NCBI GenBank assembly: GCA_963667085.2
Contig: OY762975.1
Span: 655,578-719,577, forward strand
DNA from: Acidimicrobiales bacterium
GTDB lineage: Bacteria; Actinomycetota; Acidimicrobiia; Acidimicrobiales; Bin134
Reading direction: 5' to 3'
Length of the DNA stretch: 64,000 nt
Position numbers and translations under genes: made by a program
In this document: positions 59,679-64,000 of the stretch, piece by piece
Position numbering within the stretch: the first letter of the stretch is position 1
Layout of the letters: each line of letters begins with the position of its first letter
The notes under the pieces: model-generated
Database searches by the model: none
What the model saw: the letters and a program-made list of their open reading frames with translations, nothing else
What the model was told of the DNA's origin: nothing

Positions 59679-60498
59679 TGCGGTGCATGACTCGGAGTTG
59701 GCCGGGGTAGTCGTTGATGGGGTTGTGCATGGCGCAGCGGTTGTCCCACAGCGCCAGCGAGCCCGCCTCCCAGCGGAATCGACAGGTGAACTCCGCCTTG
59801 GACTGGTGGGCGAAGAGAAACCGCAGCAGGGGCTGACTCTCTTCCTCGGTCATGCCCTCGAACCGGGCGGTGTGGGCCACGTTGACATACAGGGACTGGC
59901 GGCCGGTCTCCGGATGGGTGCGAACAACCGGATGGACGGCCTCATAGTCTTCTCCGGCGCCGTGCCCGGCTTCGGCGGCTTCGGCGATGCGGTCTTCCCG
60001 GGTCTTGGACACGTCGGCCAGCGCCGAGCTGTTCACCGCCCGCAGACCCCGGAGGAACTGCTTCAAACCGTCAGAGAGTGCGTCGAAGGCGGCGTACATG
60101 TTGGCGAACTCGGTGTCGCCGCCGGCGGCGGGCACCTCCCGGGCCAAGAGCATCGATGCCATGGGCGGCCGGTCTAGATAGGCGGTATCGGTGTGCCAGA
60201 TGCCGCCGAAGTTGACGGTCTCGTGGGGCAGCTTCTTCACCTCGATGATCTCGGGGTGATCAACAAGGCCGGGCACGAACGGGTATCGGCCGGGAGTGCC
60301 GATGCGACGGGCAAACGCCGAGAATTGCTCGAGGGTCAAGGGCTGATCGCGAAAGAACACCACCAGATTCGCGAGCCATGCCCGGCGAATCTCGGCCACC
60401 GCCGCGTCGGCCAGGTCCTCCCGCAGGTCGACTCCGCTGACCTCCGCGCCAATGCAGCCGCCTACTGGGACCACCGTCAGATGCCGATACTCGCCCAC
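59650..60498 (-). CDS. TauD/TfdA-family Fe(II)/2-oxoglutarate dioxygenase (taurine dioxygenase / AtsK alkylsulfatase-like)
   Basis: GIWHTDTAY (HxD), WDNRCAMHNPI (distal His/Arg region). GTG start. Confidence 0.9.
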   Translation of the reverse strand: MGEYRHLTVVPVGGCIGAEVSGVDLREDLADAAVAEIRRAWLANLVVFFRDQPLTLEQFSAFARRIGTPGRYPFVPGLVDHPEIIEVKKLPHETVNFGGIWHTDTAYLDRPPMASMLLAREVPAAGGDTEFANMYAAFDALSDGLKQFLRGLRAVNSSALADVSKTREDRIAEAAEAGHGAGEDYEAVHPVVRTHPETGRQSLYVNVAHTARFEGMTEEESQPLLRFLFAHQSKAEFTCRFRWEAGSLALWDNRCAMHNPINDYPGQLRVMHRITFEGDVPR

Positions 60499-60563
60499 TC
60501 GCGCTCCACTCTGGCCGGAAAGAAGTCTTTGGTTAGGGTAGCGACGGATGGGGTTGCGTGCTG

Positions 60564-61439
60564 ATGTCTGAGCCTTATGATCTCGCCGGGAAAGTGGTGC
60601 TGGTCACCGGCGCCAGCCGGGGGGTGGGAGCGGCCGTTGCGATGGCGGCCGCGGCCAAAGGAGCCAAGGTGGCCTGTGCGGCCCGCTCCACCAGGGAGTC
60701 GCCCAAGCCGCTCCCCGGCACCATCGATGAGACCGTCGACGCGGTGATCGATGCCGGGGGCGAGGCCTTGGCCGCCCCCACCGATCTGACCTCGGCTGAC
60801 GACATCGAGGCCATGGTGGCCGCCCCGGTGGAGGCGTGGGGCCGCCTCGACGTGGTGGTCAACAACGCGGCGGTGACCTTCGTTGGGGAGGTGGACATCC
60901 CCCTGAAGCGCTACGACCTCATCATGGACATCAACCTGCGGGCCCCGCTGCTCACCGTGCGGGCCGCCCTGCCCCACCTGCGGGCTGCGGGGCGGGGGCG
61001 CATCCTGAGCCTGTCGTCGCAAGCCGCGCTGCGCCCGGTGCCGGGCCTGATGTCGTACGGCATGTCGAAGCTGGCCCTCGAGCGGATGACCACCGACTTG
61101 GCCCGGCAACTCCACCCCGACCGCATCGCGGTCAACTGCTTCCGCATCGACATTCCGGTGGCCTCCGAGGGCACGCTGGCCAACATGGGCGACATCGATC
61201 TCACCGACTGGGAACCCACCTCGGTGCCCGCCGACGGCATCATCTGGATGCTGGAACAGCCCGACCACTACTCCGGGCGGTGCGAGAGCATGTGGGACCT
61301 GCGCCACCGGGAGAAGATCATGCCCACCCGAGCCCAACAGGAGTACACCACCAAGCCGCCGCTCCAGTTCATCAACGGCCTCTACGACCTCGGCACCGAC
61401 GACGCCTTCGCCCGAGGCGCCCAGGAAGCGGAGAGCTGA
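60564..61439 (+). CDS. SDR-family oxidoreductase
   Basis: TGASRGVG, NNAA, and SYGMSKLA (YxxxK). Start is ATG 60564 or GTG 60558. Confidence 0.8.
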   Translation: MSEPYDLAGKVVLVTGASRGVGAAVAMAAAAKGAKVACAARSTRESPKPLPGTIDETVDAVIDAGGEALAAPTDLTSADDIEAMVAAPVEAWGRLDVVVNNAAVTFVGEVDIPLKRYDLIMDINLRAPLLTVRAALPHLRAAGRGRILSLSSQAALRPVPGLMSYGMSKLALERMTTDLARQLHPDRIAVNCFRIDIPVASEGTLANMGDIDLTDWEPTSVPADGIIWMLEQPDHYSGRCESMWDLRHREKIMPTRAQQEYTTKPPLQFINGLYDLGTDDAFARGAQEAES

Positions 61440-61441
61440 CC

Positions 61442-62194
61442 ATGGACTTGGCTGGCAAGACCGCGCTGGTCACCGGGGCGGCTTCGGGCATCGGCGCCGC
61501 CTGCGCCCGCCGCTACGCCCAAGCAGGGGCTCAGGTTGTCTGCACCGACATCGTGGACGACGCCGGCCAGCAGGTGGCCGACGAGATCGGCGGCCGATAC
61601 CGCCACCTGGATGTGGCCGACTCCTCGGCGTGGAGCGCATTGGCCGCCGAGCTGGTGCAGGATCCGGGCCATCTCCACATCGTCCATCTCAACGCCGGGA
61701 TCATGCTGGGGCTGAGCAATATCGCCGAGATCTCCGACGACGACTATCTCCGCATCATCGGGATCAACCAGCACGGCGCGGTGTTCGGCCTGCGGGCCGC
61801 GGTGCCGCTGCTGGAAGCGAGCGGTGGCGGGCACGCGCTGATTACCGGGTCGATGGCCTCGTTCAGCCCGCTGCCGGTAGACCTGGGCTACTCCATGTCA
61901 AAGCACGCCATTGCCGCTCTGGTCCGCAGCGCCGCCCCCGACTTGGCCGAGCGGGGCATCAGCCTCAACGCCGTCTGCCCGGCCACGGTGGGCACTGGAT
62001 TCCTGGGCGGGAATCGGGATCGTCTGGAGGCCGCGGGCATGGTCATCATGGATGCCGAGGAGGTGGCCGAGGCGGCCATGGCGGCCCTCGACTCCGGCCT
62101 CACCGGCGAGTGCTTCGCGCTGTTCAAGGGCCGACCGCCCGAGCCCTTCCAGTTCGCCACCATCCCCGGCGCCGACTACCGGTCGCGCCGCTAG
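61442..62194 (+). CDS. SDR-family oxidoreductase
   Basis: TGAASGIG, NAGI, and YSMSKHA. ATG 61442 is 2 nt after the preceding stop. Only the tail of track ORF 60836-62194 is real. Confidence 0.9.
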   Translation: MDLAGKTALVTGAASGIGAACARRYAQAGAQVVCTDIVDDAGQQVADEIGGRYRHLDVADSSAWSALAAELVQDPGHLHIVHLNAGIMLGLSNIAEISDDDYLRIIGINQHGAVFGLRAAVPLLEASGGGHALITGSMASFSPLPVDLGYSMSKHAIAALVRSAAPDLAERGISLNAVCPATVGTGFLGGNRDRLEAAGMVIMDAEEVAEAAMAALDSGLTGECFALFKGRPPEPFQFATIPGADYRSRR

Positions 62195-62202
62195 CACGAG
62201 CC

Positions 62203-64000
62203 ATGGACGAGCCAGCCACCACTCGATCGGGCGCCGCCGACATCGGGCTCACCGTGGCCGAGTCCACCCCTCGACCCCCCGAGCTGCCCCGGGCCCCTAA
62301 AGGCGCACCCAACGTTCTGGTCATCCTGCTGGACGACACCGGGTTCGCCCAGCTCGGCTGCTTCGGGGCCGACTTCGCCACCCCCAACATCGACCGCCTG
62401 GCCGCGGGCGGGCTGTCGTACAACCGCTTCCACGTGACCGCCCTGTGCTCGCCCACCCGAGCCGCCCTGCTGACCGGGCGCAACCACCACGCGGTGGGCA
62501 TGGGCTTTCTGTCCGACATGACCATGGGGTTCCCCGGCTACACCGCCCGCATCCCCCCCTCGGCGGCCATGCTGCCCCGCATCCTGCGAGACGCCGGCTG
62601 GGGCACCATGGCCGTTGGCAAGTGGCACCTCGCCCCCCGGGGCGAGCGCAGCGCAGCCGGGCCGTTCACCTTGTGGCCCACCGGGGTGGGCTTCGAGCGC
62701 TACTACGGGGTGCTCCATGGCGGCGCCAACTGCTGGGCCCCCAACCTGGTGCGCGACCAGCACTACATCGATCCCCCGGCCCACTACGACGACGGCTACC
62801 ACCTCAGCGCCGATTTGGCCGACCAGGTGATCGCCCACATCACCGACCAAAAGCACGCCGCCCCCGAAAAGCCGTTCTTCTGCTACTACGCCGAAGTGGC
62901 GACGCACGCCCCCCACCATGTGACTCCTGAATGGGTGGCGCCCTACCGGGGGATGTTCGACGACGGCTGGGACCGGTGGCGGGAACGGGCCTTCGAGCGG
63001 CAACTCGCGTCCGGCATCGCGCCGGAGGGCACCGCGCTCACCGAGCAGCCGTCATGGGTCCAGCCCTGGGACGAGCTCGATACCGACGCCCGGCGGCTGT
63101 TCGCCCGCATGCATGAGGTGTACGCCGGGTTCGTCACCCACACCGACGCCCAGATCGGCCGGGTGATCGACCACCTCGAGGCCATCGGCGAGCTGGACAA
63201 CACCATCGTGATCCTGTGCTCCGACAACGGGGCCAGCGCCGAGGGCGGGCAGGTGGGATCGGTCAACGAGCACCGGTTCACCAAGGGCCTGCCGGAGTCG
63301 GTGGCCGCCAACCTGGAGTGGCTCGACGAGCTGGGCGGTCCCCGCACCTACAACCACTACGCCTGGGGCTGGGCCTGGGCCGGCAATACCCCGTTCCGGC
63401 TGTGGAAGCGCTATGCCTGGCTGGGCGGCACCCGCACCCCGCTGGTGGTGCATTGGCCCGCGGGCATCGCGGCCCGGGGCGAGGTGCGCACCCAGTTCTG
63501 CCACGCCATCGACTTGGCCCCCACCGTGCTGGAGCTGTGCGGAGTGGACGCCCCCGAATCGGTGGACGGGGTGGCCCAGATCCCGATGCACGGTGCCAGC
63601 CTGGCGGCCACCTTCGACGACGCCAACGCCCCCTCGCCCCGAACCGAGCAGTACTTCGAGGTTCAGGGGTCGCGGGCCATGTACCTGGACGGCTGGAAGG
63701 CCACCACCAATCATGTGGGCCAAGCCCATGGCGACGAGATCGCGCTGATGGAGGGAAGCCGCTCGTTCACCGACGACGCCTGGGCGCTGTTCAACCTCGA
63801 CCAGGACTTCTCCGAAGCCCACGACCTGGCCGTCGAGCACCCCGAGAAGCTAGCTGAACTCGAGGCGGCCTGGTGGGGGGCGGCTGAGCGGTACGAAGTG
63901 CTGCCCCTCGACGACGGCTACGCCGGGCGGATGCCGGCCATCTACCCGCCCGCCTATCCACCCCCCGCCCAGACCCGGTACCGCCCCGGCGCGGGCCGGG
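62203..64000 (+). CDS. Cys-type (formylglycine-dependent) arylsulfatase, 3'-truncated by window end
   Basis: My own translation from ATG 62203: ...PNVLVILLDDTGFAQLGCFG...LCSPTRAALLTGRNHH...GKWHL...THAPHH...LCSDNGASAEGG. Open to the window end, so it is absent from the ORF track. Confidence 0.9.
   Translation, partial: MDEPATTRSGAADIGLTVAESTPRPPELPRAPKGAPNVLVILLDDTGFAQLGCFGADFATPNIDRLAAGGLSYNRFHVTALCSPTRAALLTGRNHHAVGMGFLSDMTMGFPGYTARIPPSAAMLPRILRDAGWGTMAVGKWHLAPRGERSAAGPFTLWPTGVGFERYYGVLHGGANCWAPNLVRDQHYIDPPAHYDDGYHLSADLADQVIAHITDQKHAAPEKPFFCYYAEVATHAPHHVTPEWVAPYRGMFDDGWDRWRERAFERQLASGIAPEGTALTEQPSWVQPWDELDTDARRLFARMHEVYAGFVTHTDAQIGRVIDHLEAIGELDNTIVILCSDNGASAEGGQVGSVNEHRFTKGLPESVAANLEWLDELGGPRTYNHYAWGWAWAGNTPFRLWKRYAWLGGTRTPLVVHWPAGIAARGEVRTQFCHAIDLAPTVLELCGVDAPESVDGVAQIPMHGASLAATFDDANAPSPRTEQYFEVQGSRAMYLDGWKATTNHVGQAHGDEIALMEGSRSFTDDAWALFNLDQDFSEAHDLAVEHPEKLAELEAAWWGAAERYEVLPLDDGYAGRMPAIYPPAYPPPAQTRYRPGAGR

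Overview
This is a high-GC, almost gap-free coding segment of a bacterial chromosome. It is most consistent with Actinomycetota, possibly Acidimicrobiia; that placement is an inference from two F420-type LLM oxidoreductases, MptpB-like phosphatases, b558-type sdhCAB and Pro/Glu-rich lipoprotein tethers. I can support about 57 CDS (two run off the window ends and are missing from the ORF track), 2 tRNAs (Arg-ACG, Ser-CGA), one cobalamin riboswitch and a few short repeats or palindromes. I saw no rRNA, CRISPR array, transposase or integrase.

Positions 1-22 kb are core metabolism: sdhCAB, a B12-riboswitch-controlled btuFCD-like importer plus cobO, mdh, icd, metF, purHN, sucCD, pcrA and rpsA. Positions 22-50 kb are accessory and hold the most unusual content. 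There are two paralogous copies of a Liv/HAAT-type ABC importer module. In each copy (i) LivH, LivM and the LivG ATPase are one polypeptide of about 1000 aa, and (ii) the LivF-type ATPase is fused to the C-terminus of a full MFS transporter domain. Each module also has a LivJ-like lipoprotein.

Copy 1 is capped on both arms by cytosolic MptpB-like phosphatases. Copy 2 is translationally coupled to a cytochrome P450 and an SDR. Between the copies, two tRNAs bracket an islet carrying an ERG4/ERG24 sterol-reductase-family gene and a Baeyer-Villiger monooxygenase. Positions 50-64 kb carry an ABC exporter, xseAB, a degenerate amino-acid-dehydrogenase homologue, and a probable sulfate-ester catabolic cluster (TauD/AtsK-like dioxygenase, aldehyde dehydrogenase, acyl-CoA synthetase, SDRs, Cys-type arylsulfatase).

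All family assignments come from motif recognition by eye. No database search was run.
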